64,000 bases of DNA, taken from IMG/VR virus record IMGVR_UViG_3300013772_000002, positions 32,001 to 96,000 of that record. One strand, written 5' to 3'. The notes under the pieces were generated by a model. The model was not told the origin of the DNA, did no database searches, and was given only the letters and a program-made list of their open reading frames with translations. Within the stretch, counting starts at the first letter, position 1, and each line of letters starts with the position of its first letter. This document shows positions 53,601 to 63,816 of the stretch, piece by piece. The position numbers and the translations under genes were made by a program. Source of the DNA: a virus.

Positions 53601-54497
53601 ATGCCCGAGACGGTCTACTACAAAGATTTCCGTCCCGACGAACTCGAAGAGAGCTTCTCCTTCGGGATGCCAATCTCGAAGAGCGAGATGTGCGAGCACA
53701 CGGGGTTGCGCTATATCGAGGGGATTGCCTCTACCGAGGATTGGGACCAGCAGGACGAGCAGATGCTCGCTTCCGGCATGGACCTCGATTACCTCATCAA
53801 TAAGGGTACGATCAACTGGAACCACTCGCACGCCGCCGCCGATCTGATCGGCATCCCCGAGAAGGTTCAGATCAAGATTTGGGAAGGCAAGCCCGCCCTC
53901 TGGGTACGCGCCGCCCTCCTCCCCAATGTCGCGAATGCCGATTACGCCTGGACTCTGATGAATGCCTACGACTCGGTCAAATCGATGGGTGGTCCCATCC
54001 GCACCGTCGGTTGGTCAGTCGAGGGAGGCGTCCTCCGCAAGGAGAACGGACGCATCACCAAGAGCGTAATTCGCAACCTCGCCCTCACCCAGGAGCCGGT
54101 CAACGACAAGACCTTCGCCGACTTCGCCAAGTCGCTCAATCACAACGCGATCGCGAAGACCTTCTCCTCCGGCGGTTCGGTCAATCCAACCTTCGCTGGC
54201 GCGGATGACGCGGGTGCGGCTCTCCGGTTGGAGAACCTTTCCGCCGGTCGTCGCGACGAAGAGGACGAGGACGAGGAACGTAAGAACGGTACCTATAACG
54301 CCTCTCTGGTTGGTATCGGCGAACTGCGCCGCTCCCTCGCCGCCAGCGGCTCTCCCCACTACGACGCGCGCACCGGGCGCTTCGTGAACGGATTTGACGG
54401 GATGTTCAAGCATCTCACCCAGATCGATCTAATGCCGTTCGGTGCAGCGGCGGAATTGGTCAGTTGGCTGCGGGCGCAAAGCCTGCCCGCCGCGTAA
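53601..54497 (+). CDS. prohead protease
   Basis: IEGIAST...D.Q.E, INWNH, GWSVEG, ALT..PVN..T motifs; upstream of scaffold and MCP. Confidence 0.9.
   Translation: MPETVYYKDFRPDELEESFSFGMPISKSEMCEHTGLRYIEGIASTEDWDQQDEQMLASGMDLDYLINKGTINWNHSHAAADLIGIPEKVQIKIWEGKPALWVRAALLPNVANADYAWTLMNAYDSVKSMGGPIRTVGWSVEGGVLRKENGRITKSVIRNLALTQEPVNDKTFADFAKSLNHNAIAKTFSSGGSVNPTFAGADDAGAALRLENLSAGRRDEEDEDEERKNGTYNASLVGIGELRRSLAASGSPHYDARTGRFVNGFDGMFKHLTQIDLMPFGAAAELVSWLRAQSLPAA
54153..54239 (+). repeat. copy of MCP N-arm inside protease gene
   Basis: 27/29 aa identical to 55710-55796. Confidence 0.95.
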
Positions 54498-54514
54498 TCG
54501 GAGGCGACACTTCC

Positions 54515-55468
54515 ATGGACTACACTGAGTACAACAAGCTCAACGAAGAGGCAAAGCCCTACTTCCTCAAGGCGTATGGTTTCACCGACGAGGAAATTCC
54601 CGGCGCGATGGCACTACTCGCGAAGGGTCTTCAGGTGACGGCACAGCCGACCGCGGCCGCTGCCGCGACAGGCTTCAACGAGCACCCTGACAAAGCAAGC
54701 GTTGAGAAAGTCAAGGGGCGCGAAGGCGCCGAGACCGTTCCCGCGAGCAAGTACAACAAGAGCGATGCCGCGATGCTGGACGATGAGGAGCGGGAAGACG
54801 ACGACGAAGATGGCGACGGCATTCCTGATGACGAGGAGTACCCGCCCAAGGGCGCGATGAAGGCCAAGAAGAGCCAGACGCCCGACTTCGGTACCGAGGA
54901 CTTTGCCGACGACTGGATGGACACACTCGCCAAGAGCGCGGGTCCGCAGGTCGCGCCGCAGTTCGACGCCTCGGTTGTTCTCCAGTCGCTGCGCGACACA
55001 ATCGCCGACATGTACGGTGAACTCGCCTTCGGCCTCCAGGAGATGCGCAAGTCGCTCGACACGGTCGATGCTCGCACGAAGAACATCTCCAAGCGGCAGA
55101 CGGTCTCCAACAACAAGCTGGTTGACCACATCACGAAGACGATCGGCGAGATTCCCGGTCAGATCGAGACCTTGCAAAAGAGCATGGCCGCAGTCGCCGA
55201 ATCCCCCGTCGCCCCGGTTTCCACGGGCGTCGTCCATCGCATCGAGAGCCATAACGGCGATGCGTCGAAGGGTGTCTACGTTCGGACGGGCAACTTCGAC
55301 GCCGACCATGCAAAGATCAGCGCCTCGCTCGAGAAGAGTCTTCAGATGACGACCGGCCCCGACGAGGTCGAAATCCAGAACGTGATGATCAAGATGCCGC
55401 GCGTCAAGAATTACGACGAACTTGACTGGCTGACGGCGAGCGTCAAGCCCGAGTATCTCAGCCGCTAA
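54515..55468 (+). CDS. scaffold protein
   Basis: Acidic/coiled-coil, between protease and MCP; many xxKS/KT/KA sites. Confidence 0.7.
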   Translation: MDYTEYNKLNEEAKPYFLKAYGFTDEEIPGAMALLAKGLQVTAQPTAAAAATGFNEHPDKASVEKVKGREGAETVPASKYNKSDAAMLDDEEREDDDEDGDGIPDDEEYPPKGAMKAKKSQTPDFGTEDFADDWMDTLAKSAGPQVAPQFDASVVLQSLRDTIADMYGELAFGLQEMRKSLDTVDARTKNISKRQTVSNNKLVDHITKTIGEIPGQIETLQKSMAAVAESPVAPVSTGVVHRIESHNGDASKGVYVRTGNFDADHAKISASLEKSLQMTTGPDEVEIQNVMIKMPRVKNYDELDWLTASVKPEYLSR

Positions 55469-55607
55469 TCCCCCCGCCCCTACCGCGGACTCCCCATCCG
55501 CTTCCCCTTCCGGCGGGTGCCCCTCACCCGCCCCCCTCGATCCCCCTTGACGGCGCCTCGCGCCCCTCGATGACCCCACAGGCATGTTTCCCAGGAGGAC
55601 CCCTTCC

Positions 55608-57116
55608 ATGCTGACTCAGGAACGCAAGCAACTCGTCAAGAGCTTTTATCAGCTCGGGCGCGAGGCGATCGGCCAAGACTTCCGACCCAATGAGATGGTG
55701 AATGAGTTCGCCAAGACGTTCTCGTCCGGCGGCTCGGTTAATCCGACGCTTGCGGGCGCCGGTGACGCGGGTGCGGCTCTCCGTTTGGAGAACCTCGACC
55801 CGATTATGACGACCGTCCTCTATGACGAGTCGGACATCAAGATTTTCCCTTGGATCGAGCGCGAAGTCTCGACGCAAGCGATGTTCATGTATAACAAGCG
55901 ACTCAGTTACGGCGGCGGCGGTCGCGGTAAGGCCGGTTTCGCCGAAGGCAACACGCCTGTCGGTGGAACCGCGACGTACGAGCGCGATATCGCCCAGATT
56001 CGCTACATGGGCACCCGGCGCGGAACGACCCACCAGTTCACCACGATGAGTGAGGCGGGCGGCACACAGCTCGACATCATCGACGAGGAGAACCGGAACG
56101 GCACGATGGCACTGATGGAGATGATCGAGCGCGCGACCCTCTGGGGCGACGCCCGCATTCTCGATGACAGCGGCACCGTCGTGCATTACGACGGCGTGAT
56201 TCGCCAGCTTTTGGCCAGTCCGTTCGCGGTCTCAAACGTCCTCGACTTGCGCGACTCGATCAACCCGGACGTCTTCAACTTCATCGGTACGCAACTCCGC
56301 CAGGAAGGCAAGCTGCATTCGAGCGGCTTCGCCAAGATGTGCGCGTTCATGCCGCCAACCAGCAAGGCAACGCTCTCGCAGGAGCTCTACTCGACGCAGC
56401 GCGTCGTTGTGCAGCAAACCAGCGGAACGGCGAATCCGAACCCCTACAGCCAGCTCGGCACGATGATCGACGGGATGACGACCAACTTCGGCTACCTGCG
56501 CTTCGAGGACTCCATCCTCATGGAGCGGGTCGATACGTCCCTGCCGGTCAATAGCTTCTCCGCTTCCGGTGACGCGGGCGCTCCGGTCGCACCAGCATCG
56601 GCGACAGCAACGGCGGCGGCTGTTGCCGGCGGACGCGTCTCCAAGTTTGCCAAGGCGCTTACCGCCACCTACTGGGTCTCGGCCTTCAATAACTACGGCG
56701 AGTCTTTGTCGGTTGCCAGCGCGGCGACGGTGATCGCGGGCGCCAACGCCCAAGAAGTCAACATCGTCATGCCCGCGACGGTCGGCGCGTGGGGCTATCG
56801 CATCTATCGTTCCGACACGGACGGGTTGGCGACAAGTGCCGGGATCATCGACGAGATTCCCGCCGCGCTTTCCGGTAACACGACCTTCCACGACGATAAC
56901 GTGTGGCTGCCGAATACGGATACAATCGTCATGATCGAGCGCGACAAGCGCGACCTCTCGATCGTCCAGCTGATGCCGCTGATCAAGTTCCCCCTCGCCG
57001 TGGTCTCGACCAAGCAGGAATTCCTCCTGATGCTCTACCACACGGTCCTTCTCAAGGCGGCGCAGCGCATGTTCATGATCAAAAACGTCACCCGACCGAC
57101 GTTGACCACGTACTAA
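55608..57116 (+). CDS. major capsid protein
   Basis: AK|TF...GAALRLENLD, IE..L.GD, YDG, QL.PL.K.PLA Herelleviridae/SPO1-like pattern; strong C/G codon bias. Confidence 0.92.
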   Translation: MLTQERKQLVKSFYQLGREAIGQDFRPNEMVNEFAKTFSSGGSVNPTLAGAGDAGAALRLENLDPIMTTVLYDESDIKIFPWIEREVSTQAMFMYNKRLSYGGGGRGKAGFAEGNTPVGGTATYERDIAQIRYMGTRRGTTHQFTTMSEAGGTQLDIIDEENRNGTMALMEMIERATLWGDARILDDSGTVVHYDGVIRQLLASPFAVSNVLDLRDSINPDVFNFIGTQLRQEGKLHSSGFAKMCAFMPPTSKATLSQELYSTQRVVVQQTSGTANPNPYSQLGTMIDGMTTNFGYLRFEDSILMERVDTSLPVNSFSASGDAGAPVAPASATATAAAVAGGRVSKFAKALTATYWVSAFNNYGESLSVASAATVIAGANAQEVNIVMPATVGAWGYRIYRSDTDGLATSAGIIDEIPAALSGNTTFHDDNVWLPNTDTIVMIERDKRDLSIVQLMPLIKFPLAVVSTKQEFLLMLYHTVLLKAAQRMFMIKNVTRPTLTTY

Positions 57117-57144
57117 CCCGCGCTCCCCTTATTGTGACATGTCG

Positions 57145-57175
57145 GGGGAGCTCCGGCTCCCCCATTTCTTTTCTC
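57145..57175 (+). terminator. intrinsic terminator after MCP
   Basis: GGGGGAGC-TCCG-GCTCCCCC then ATTTCTTTT. Confidence 0.75.
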
Positions 57176-57192
57176 TCGGAGGACACACACCA

Positions 57193-58191
57193 ATGAATGA
57201 GTACGTGAACGAACCGATGGGCAACCCCGTAGATGCGCATGTGAACGAACCCCTCCATGCTCCCGTTGCTTCGCACGCGGACGGGCGAGTCGTCAATGGG
57301 CACGTCGCGGACGGCGACCCGTACGAGCGGATGAACGGCCCGATGCCGGTGCGCGTCAATGCGGCGAGCATCCCTCATCCTCATGACCCAGCAGACCATC
57401 GCGAAGATCGCGTGGACGTCGATCACGACGGTCTGGGGCCGATCGTTGTCGAACGATTTACCGTTCGTGCCGCCGAAGCCGCTCTCTTCGGACGCACGGT
57501 CACCTTCGTTGCTCTCGACAACAAGGAAGACACCTTCGTCGTTGAATTCGACGCGACGGGGAATGGCACGATTGATGGCGATGCGACGATCTGCGCCGCC
57601 GATGCTGCGGTGATTGTCGGGAACGATCCCACACACACCATGTACGTCGCCACGGCGCTCGTCAGCACGCCATTCATGGCAAGCCTGCCCACGGCACTCG
57701 CCAGTCTAGTCAACAACCCGACCGACTACTCTCACGTTGGCACGTCCGACCACCCGACCGATGACCCGACCGGAGACAATCACGTCGATCCAACCCACTA
57801 TCTGAAGGTGGATACGACGAATCATGCAACGGCTTACGTCGGGCAAGATGCAGTTGACGACCCGAACCGCGAAGTGATGGATGACTCAGACGACCATCCG
57901 TACCGCGAAGGAATTGATGACCCGGACAACCGTCCAAATCATTTCCCGCTCCTCGGCAAGCACGAAGATCGCGCAGACCATGTAACGGATCGTCACGCGG
58001 ATTACTCTGCGGATCGTCGTCCAGATTACCCGGCGGATCGTTCAACGGCTCGTCTTGCAGACTACCCGGTAAATCACTCAGCGGACGACTCGACTGACGA
58101 TTCGCTCTTTGACCAAATCGACGAACCAGTCGATGCCCCGGCTCCCATGCCGGTACGTGCGAATCGCGCGCCCAGGTTGGAACAGGAATAA
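57193..58191 (+). CDS. Asp/His-rich protein with domain paralogous to the next gene
   Basis: GGAGG RBS; ERFTV...EDTFVVEFD.TG.G.IDGD domain. Confidence 0.7.
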   Translation: MNEYVNEPMGNPVDAHVNEPLHAPVASHADGRVVNGHVADGDPYERMNGPMPVRVNAASIPHPHDPADHREDRVDVDHDGLGPIVVERFTVRAAEAALFGRTVTFVALDNKEDTFVVEFDATGNGTIDGDATICAADAAVIVGNDPTHTMYVATALVSTPFMASLPTALASLVNNPTDYSHVGTSDHPTDDPTGDNHVDPTHYLKVDTTNHATAYVGQDAVDDPNREVMDDSDDHPYREGIDDPDNRPNHFPLLGKHEDRADHVTDRHADYSADRRPDYPADRSTARLADYPVNHSADDSTDDSLFDQIDEPVDAPAPMPVRANRAPRLEQE

Positions 58192-58244
58192 CTTCCTAAT
58201 CTCAGCCGACATCGCACATCTTCAATCATCAAAGGATAAGTTCG

Positions 58245-58598
58245 ATGACTGAACGTTTCACCGTTCATACCCACCAGTCCAATCTCTATGGTCGGGCGCT
58301 CAATTTCGTGGCGCTCGGTGACGACGAAGATACCTTCGTCGTCGAGTTTGACTGGACGGGAGTCGGTTCGATCGACGGTGACACGGAGATCACGGACGGT
58401 GACGCTCGGGTGATCGCCGCAAACGACCCCGGACGCACCATGTTCATCACTACGCCGATCTCCGATCCAATCCCCGATCCGGTCGTTGTGGAAGGGGAAC
58501 CTGCGGAAACCCTAGAACCCACACCGCCCCCAACAATCGTACCGCCACCCGCTCCACGCGGAAAGCCAGGACCGAAGCCCAAAGTAAAGGGAGCGTAA
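58245..58598 (+). CDS. hypothetical virion-region protein
   Basis: Shares a ~70-aa domain with the previous gene. Confidence 0.7.
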   Translation: MTERFTVHTHQSNLYGRALNFVALGDDEDTFVVEFDWTGVGSIDGDTEITDGDARVIAANDPGRTMFITTPISDPIPDPVVVEGEPAETLEPTPPPTIVPPPAPRGKPGPKPKVKGA

Positions 58599-58601
58599 CC
58601 G

Positions 58602-58985
58602 ATGAGCGTCCCCGGCTATCCACACGTCTTTAGCAAGAAAGAGCATCGCGGCACCCTGCATGGTCAGAACCGCTTCTACACGGCGGTTGAAACCGAGAAG
58701 TCCGTGATCGTTGCCACCGAGCTTACCGATCCCGGCGAGCGTGTCGATATCTTTGGCCTGACAACGGTGACGATCGTCGTGAACAAGGTCACCGGCGGTG
58801 GAACCCTCAGCCTTGCCGTCAAGGGGTCGATCGATCCAAACGCCAGTAGCGCGCTTGCTTTCTCCACCCCCCTCGCCTTTACGGCGAGCGGCATCTATAC
58901 CTTTACCGTCAATGTCCCCTATCTCTGGATCGGCGGCACGAATACCGGCACCGCCGTCGAATATCAACTCTACGCGACCCGATAG
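58602..58985 (+). CDS. beta-rich structural protein
   Basis: GGGAG RBS; composition and position. Confidence 0.6.
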   Translation: MSVPGYPHVFSKKEHRGTLHGQNRFYTAVETEKSVIVATELTDPGERVDIFGLTTVTIVVNKVTGGGTLSLAVKGSIDPNASSALAFSTPLAFTASGIYTFTVNVPYLWIGGTNTGTAVEYQLYATR

Positions 58986-58996
58986 GCGGTAACGCC

Positions 58997-59635
58997 ATGC
59001 TGATCGATCCGAGCTACTACGTCGAGGACGCGATTCGGGGCACGTTGGCACTGATTCGCGCTGACCAGAACTATCTCCTAGAAATCTTCAGCGGTAATCC
59101 ACCCCGCGTGATCGAGCAGATCACCCGCTTCATTCCCACATGGAATCCCTCCGACATCGGTCCGACCTATGCTCGAGAGGAAAGAGAACTTCCCTGCATC
59201 TCCATCCTGTCGGGCGATGGCGGCAATGTTGACCACTACGTCGGTAACTCGCTCGGGTACTGGTACGACGAAAACAATCTGACCATTGCCGAAGAGGTTG
59301 GACCACGCGACCGGGCGAGTTGCGAGATTGTGATCTTTGCCGGCTCCGACAGCCACTTACGCATTCTCCTCGCACTCGTTCGTGGCGCACTGGAATACCA
59401 CCGTGCCGACTTTGACGAACTGGGTCTCAACGAGATGGAAGTGAACTATACCCACGCGGAACCCGACGAGCAGTCGCTTGCGTGGCCGGCGATGCGGGTG
59501 ACCGTCAATGTTGAGTGGACGTGTTTCGCTTCCGTTGCTCTCCGTTACGGCAATGCCCCCAATGAGTTTCTCGTCTCCCTGAACGAGACCGGAGCATTCC
59601 CGACTACCACCGAACCACACTTCCGCTATCCATAA
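58997..59635 (+). CDS. probable tail terminator/completion protein
   Basis: Position before sheath; Y.R....P.ISI...G pattern. Confidence 0.5.
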   Translation: MLIDPSYYVEDAIRGTLALIRADQNYLLEIFSGNPPRVIEQITRFIPTWNPSDIGPTYAREERELPCISILSGDGGNVDHYVGNSLGYWYDENNLTIAEEVGPRDRASCEIVIFAGSDSHLRILLALVRGALEYHRADFDELGLNEMEVNYTHAEPDEQSLAWPAMRVTVNVEWTCFASVALRYGNAPNEFLVSLNETGAFPTTTEPHFRYP

Positions 59636-59651
59636 GAAAGGGGCGCCTCAC

Positions 59652-60152
59652 GTGCCTGAACCCGAAACCAAAACGCGCACAACCACACGCAAGGGTCAGA
59701 CGAAAATTCGTTTCGAGGCGCTCGAAGCGATGGACGATTACGAAGAGGTGCGTCAAAAACTCGGTTTTGATCTTCCGATTTTGCCGATAAATGGAGACGT
59801 TCGCCGTTGTCGCCACCCGGACCCCGAGGAATGGGATGCCAAACGCCTTGAGGCAACAGAACGCGGCAAAGAAGAAACGGCACTAATGCGCTATTTCTCC
59901 CCCGATACGACTAAGGAGCAAGACGTGTCCGACTCGAAAGACGATGAAAAAGATGACGAGGAAGCACCCTTCGACCCTGTTGAGTCGCTCGGTATTTTCT
60001 GTGCCAATCTCGACATTACCAAACAGCATAACCCCCATACGGTCATGCAGTTCTACTCGCGCATGCTCAACCGGGCAAAGTTGACCGTTGGGCGGCGTAG
60101 CGAATTCCAGTCCCACTGGGAACAATTCAACCATGTAGATCGACCCGCCTAA
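59652..60152 (+). CDS. hypothetical protein
   Basis: GTG start with AAGGGG; precedes sheath. Confidence 0.5.
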   Translation: MPEPETKTRTTTRKGQTKIRFEALEAMDDYEEVRQKLGFDLPILPINGDVRRCRHPDPEEWDAKRLEATERGKEETALMRYFSPDTTKEQDVSDSKDDEKDDEEAPFDPVESLGIFCANLDITKQHNPHTVMQFYSRMLNRAKLTVGRRSEFQSHWEQFNHVDRPA

Positions 60153-60176
60153 TAGGCGCGTCGGGAGGACCCCCTA

Positions 60177-62300
60177 ATGCCTGGATTCTTCGATAAGCAG
60201 TTCTACGGGCAGACGCTCGTCAACCCGGGCGTTTACATTAAGCGCAACGAGCAGGGCGGCCTCCTCCCGCCGGACCCGAACGAGCTGATCCCGCTGATTA
60301 TTGGTGACTCTCTCGGTGGCGCGCCCGGCATTATCCATGAGTTCAGGAGTGCCTCTCAGGCATCAGCAGTCCTGCGGGGTGGCGACCTCTTGACCGCCGT
60401 TCTTGCCGCCTTCCAACCACGCACCACCGGACCCGGTCCGGATACCATTCTGGCGATCCGCATCGGTGATGGTGTCGATGCGCCTACCCAAGCAGCACAC
60501 ACCTTCAACGACAGTGGAACCAATCCGGTCCTGATCGTGAAGAGCATTGACTATGGCCAATACACGAATGGCATGGCGTTGGCGATCGAGTCCTCTGCTG
60601 TTGCGAACGCCGGTTATAAGATCATCCTTTCCCAGGACGGTACGGCGGCAGGCAAGCGCTTCGCGAACCCGAAAGACCCGGTTGGGCGACAGGGCATCAA
60701 GGTACGCTATCTCGGCTCCGGCACTACCTGTGCCGTGACGATCACGCGCACTCACCTGACGACCACCTGCACGGGCGCATCGGGAGACAACCTCAATATC
60801 GATCTGACGGCGACGGCAACAAATACGCTCGACAAACTCGTCAGCATCATCAATGGAACAGGCGGTGGTACGAAGTACGCTGCGGACGTCGTTGATGTCG
60901 CACCAAACCGTCCGTCGAATCAGCAAGACCTCCTCTCCGCTATCGACATCTTCTCGTCGATGACGGTCAGTTACACGGGCGCGGGACTCTCTTCGACTCT
61001 CTCGGTAACGATCGGCGCGTCGGATACGACGTTGACGACAACCGCCGGCACCGTCACTGCCGATCAACTTTCGATTGCCTTCTCGGGTTTGCGCACGATC
61101 CAAGACCTCGCCGCGGCAATCGCCGGGACGGCGACCAATGTCGTGGGATCGGGCATCCTCACCTATACCGGCGCGAAATACACTGTCGTGCTTCAGACGT
61201 CCTTCAAGGACCTGCCGGTCGCGAACGTTCCCGCAACGACAACGCCGATCAACATCCTCACTGGCGGCAAGTTGCCCGCCTTCTTCCAGACCACCCAGCA
61301 CCTCCAGGCAGTCGTTGACTTCCTCAACGTCCAGCTCTCGGCCTACGTGACGGCATCGCTCGTCGCTGACGCCGGTGGCGTGACGGTCGGCGCTCTCCGC
61401 CTCGCCACGGTTCCCACTACATACCTGACGGGTGGGGCAAACGCGACAGTCAATGGTCCCTCATGGGCCGCGGGGCTAACACTGGCCGAGGTTGCCCATT
61501 GCCAGATCGTAGTGCTCCTTTCTCCCGATATCGACGACCATATGGCCCTCAAGGCGCACTGCGCGCTGATGAGTTCACCAAAGAGACGTCGCGAGCGCGT
61601 CGGTATCTGCGGAGGGGCGGCGGGCGAGTCCTTGCAAGAAGCTATCGACCGGGCATATGCTCTCGGAATCAACTTCGACGGTGACTATATCCAGCTCGTC
61701 TGGCCGGGCGTTATCCGCGTCGACCCGATCACCGAGACGAAGGTTTCTTACGCGCCGTGGATGTTCGCGGCGATGAAGGCGGGTCTTTCCGCCGCCCTTG
61801 GCGCGGGTCGCAGCTCAACGAACAAAATTCTTGACATCATCGGTCTGGAGACCGACGTCAGCCAGGACGACCTGGAGCTGTTGATTGATGGCGGCGTTTG
61901 CGCGGTCGTTAAACTCGACAGTGGCGTGCGCAAGGGATTCATCGTTGCCAAGGATATCATGACCTATCAGGAGGATGCGAACTTCATCAAGTCCTTCTTT
62001 ATGACACGAATGAATGCCCTCATCTCCGCGCGACGAGTACGCGAATCACTGGAACCATTGGTTGGCGAGCCAAATAACAAGAGTCTCGAGCAACGCGCCG
62101 CAGTGATCGTCAGGACCGAACTCAATCACCAGGTGGACGACGAGATTCTCGTCGCTTCCGGTAGTGATGGCGGTTGGGCAAACCTTATCGTCAACCAGAC
62201 AGCCGATACGATCACAATTGAGTACAACGCTCGATTGACGACTGAGGCGGACTTCTTCCTCATCACCGCGAACTTCACGGTCATCGGCGGCGCCGTCTAA
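60177..62300 (+). CDS. contractile tail sheath protein
   Basis: PG.YI, IG.S.GG.P, LRGGDL, S.DYG, STNK, L...GV motifs. Confidence 0.9.
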   Translation: MPGFFDKQFYGQTLVNPGVYIKRNEQGGLLPPDPNELIPLIIGDSLGGAPGIIHEFRSASQASAVLRGGDLLTAVLAAFQPRTTGPGPDTILAIRIGDGVDAPTQAAHTFNDSGTNPVLIVKSIDYGQYTNGMALAIESSAVANAGYKIILSQDGTAAGKRFANPKDPVGRQGIKVRYLGSGTTCAVTITRTHLTTTCTGASGDNLNIDLTATATNTLDKLVSIINGTGGGTKYAADVVDVAPNRPSNQQDLLSAIDIFSSMTVSYTGAGLSSTLSVTIGASDTTLTTTAGTVTADQLSIAFSGLRTIQDLAAAIAGTATNVVGSGILTYTGAKYTVVLQTSFKDLPVANVPATTTPINILTGGKLPAFFQTTQHLQAVVDFLNVQLSAYVTASLVADAGGVTVGALRLATVPTTYLTGGANATVNGPSWAAGLTLAEVAHCQIVVLLSPDIDDHMALKAHCALMSSPKRRRERVGICGGAAGESLQEAIDRAYALGINFDGDYIQLVWPGVIRVDPITETKVSYAPWMFAAMKAGLSAALGAGRSSTNKILDIIGLETDVSQDDLELLIDGGVCAVVKLDSGVRKGFIVAKDIMTYQEDANFIKSFFMTRMNALISARRVRESLEPLVGEPNNKSLEQRAAVIVRTELNHQVDDEILVASGSDGGWANLIVNQTADTITIEYNARLTTEADFFLITANFTVIGGAV

Positions 62301-62354
62301 GTGTCGCTTCGACCGCCCCTCGCTTCCCCGCGTACCGGGGAGGAGTAGACCCTC

Positions 62355-62864
62355 ATGGCAAATGTACGACAAAACCGCCAGACCTATGTGGCCAACCGGA
62401 TGGACGTCCAGTTCGCGGACTCTCAAGGCGGTGCCGTCGGCGCCGTTCAGAACGCGAACGTTTCGATGTCCTTCGGTCTGGATGGCGTTTCCGGCATCGG
62501 CGCGGTAACGATGATCGAATATGTCCCGACCGTCGCGCGTATCAGCGTTTCGACCGATCAGGTCTATCTCTTCGGACGGGAACTCGATCGCGTCAGCGCC
62601 GGAGGCTTTGGCGGTCAAACGGGCATTCTGCCGCACCAAGCGGAAGAGAGCCTCAATGGCGTGGTCTTCAATATCTCCGCCGCGGTCCTCAAAACAGACA
62701 AGGACACGAATGGGCAAGCATACACGACTCTCTGGCAAGCCGTTGATTGCTTCCTCGACTCAGGAGACTTCTCCACGGCGAAGCATGGCACGGTCGGTCG
62801 GCGCTGCCAATTCATGGCACTCAACTATGCGGTCGGTTCCGCGTTCTCTAAGGGCGCTGCGTAG
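62355..62864 (+). CDS. tail tube protein
   Basis: Follows sheath; QT..AN...VG.VQ.....FG...V.GIG.....E.V Herelleviridae-like tube pattern. Confidence 0.8.
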   Translation: MANVRQNRQTYVANRMDVQFADSQGGAVGAVQNANVSMSFGLDGVSGIGAVTMIEYVPTVARISVSTDQVYLFGRELDRVSAGGFGGQTGILPHQAEESLNGVVFNISAAVLKTDKDTNGQAYTTLWQAVDCFLDSGDFSTAKHGTVGRRCQFMALNYAVGSAFSKGAA

Positions 62865-62918
62865 GCTTCGCTCTTTCTTGCTCACGCCGCCCAGTAGGCG
62901 GGAAAGGTAGGCCATCAC

Positions 62919-63392
62919 GTGGCCGAAGTAAACGAACCGAAGAAGGAAGGCGGCAAGCCCGACATCAGGGCTGGCGCGAAGATAGATACCAAAGTCGATG
63001 TCGCCGTCGCCGCAGTAAATCCCTTCCTCCCCACCGTCGATCCCGCCGAAAAGAACTGGGAGTTCATCACGCTCCGTACGCCGCTCGTCCCGGGCGGCGT
63101 GCTTCGTATCGAACGTCCCGGATTCGCGGCGGAAACAACCCTGCGTTACGACCTCCGACAGATCGCGCGCCGTCAGAATGTCAATCCCGAGGACATGGAC
63201 GGCAATACCTACGATACCTATTACGTCGCCGCGCTCTGTGCGAAACACGCGACCGAGCCTGCAGAATTCGACTATCTCTCCCTGAACCCGAAGAGTCGTA
63301 AGCAAATGGAAGGCTTACAGCGCGTCCAGTTGGAGGTACTCCTATGGATGTCCTTCTTTCGGGACGACGAGGTTGACGAAGGAGTCTCCTGA
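62919..63392 (+). CDS. tail assembly chaperone
   Basis: Follows tube; W.SFFR near C-terminus. Confidence 0.6.
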   Translation: MAEVNEPKKEGGKPDIRAGAKIDTKVDVAVAAVNPFLPTVDPAEKNWEFITLRTPLVPGGVLRIERPGFAAETTLRYDLRQIARRQNVNPEDMDGNTYDTYYVAALCAKHATEPAEFDYLSLNPKSRKQMEGLQRVQLEVLLWMSFFRDDEVDEGVS

Positions 63393-63816
63393 GTCCTTCG
63401 TCACCCTGCGAGAGATCGTCAATACCGAACCGAGTTGGGCACGCCGCTATCGCGAACTCTTCGGCTACGGACCCGATGACCCCCTGTATCGAAATGCCAA
63501 GACCCCACGAATGCTCGCCGAACTCCATGCCGACGACATTCGTCACGGACGTCGCAATCTCGACGGCACATTGGTAACCGATGACGAAGACGACGACGAG
63601 AATGTCCCTGACTGGGACGAGGATACGGACTACCTGGGCGAAGGTAGCGAGCCGGTCCAGATGGATCGCTACGAGTTGGAGCGCTTCCTCAAACGAGGTG
63701 GTGCGGATACCGCGGCTACTCTGGAAGAGCGCGACCAGCTGATGCGCGAACTCGAAGACGAAGCATTAACTGAAATGCTTGGCGAAGTTGGTGGAGGGTA
63801 TTACGATGGCCGTTGA
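63358..63816 (+). CDS. frameshifted extension of tail chaperone (+1 frame)
   Basis: Overlapping +1 frame is open through TTT CGG at 63357; its own TTG has no well-spaced RBS. Confidence 0.55.
   Translation, partial: FGTTRLTKESPESFVTLREIVNTEPSWARRYRELFGYGPDDPLYRNAKTPRMLAELHADDIRHGRRNLDGTLVTDDEDDDENVPDWDEDTDYLGEGSEPVQMDRYELERFLKRGGADTAATLEERDQLMRELEDEALTEMLGEVGGGYYDGR

Noticed and set aside
54153-55796. Protease/MCP repeat as a DGR template/variable pair
   Set aside because: Differences are mostly synonymous and not adenine-specific; no reverse transcriptase in the window
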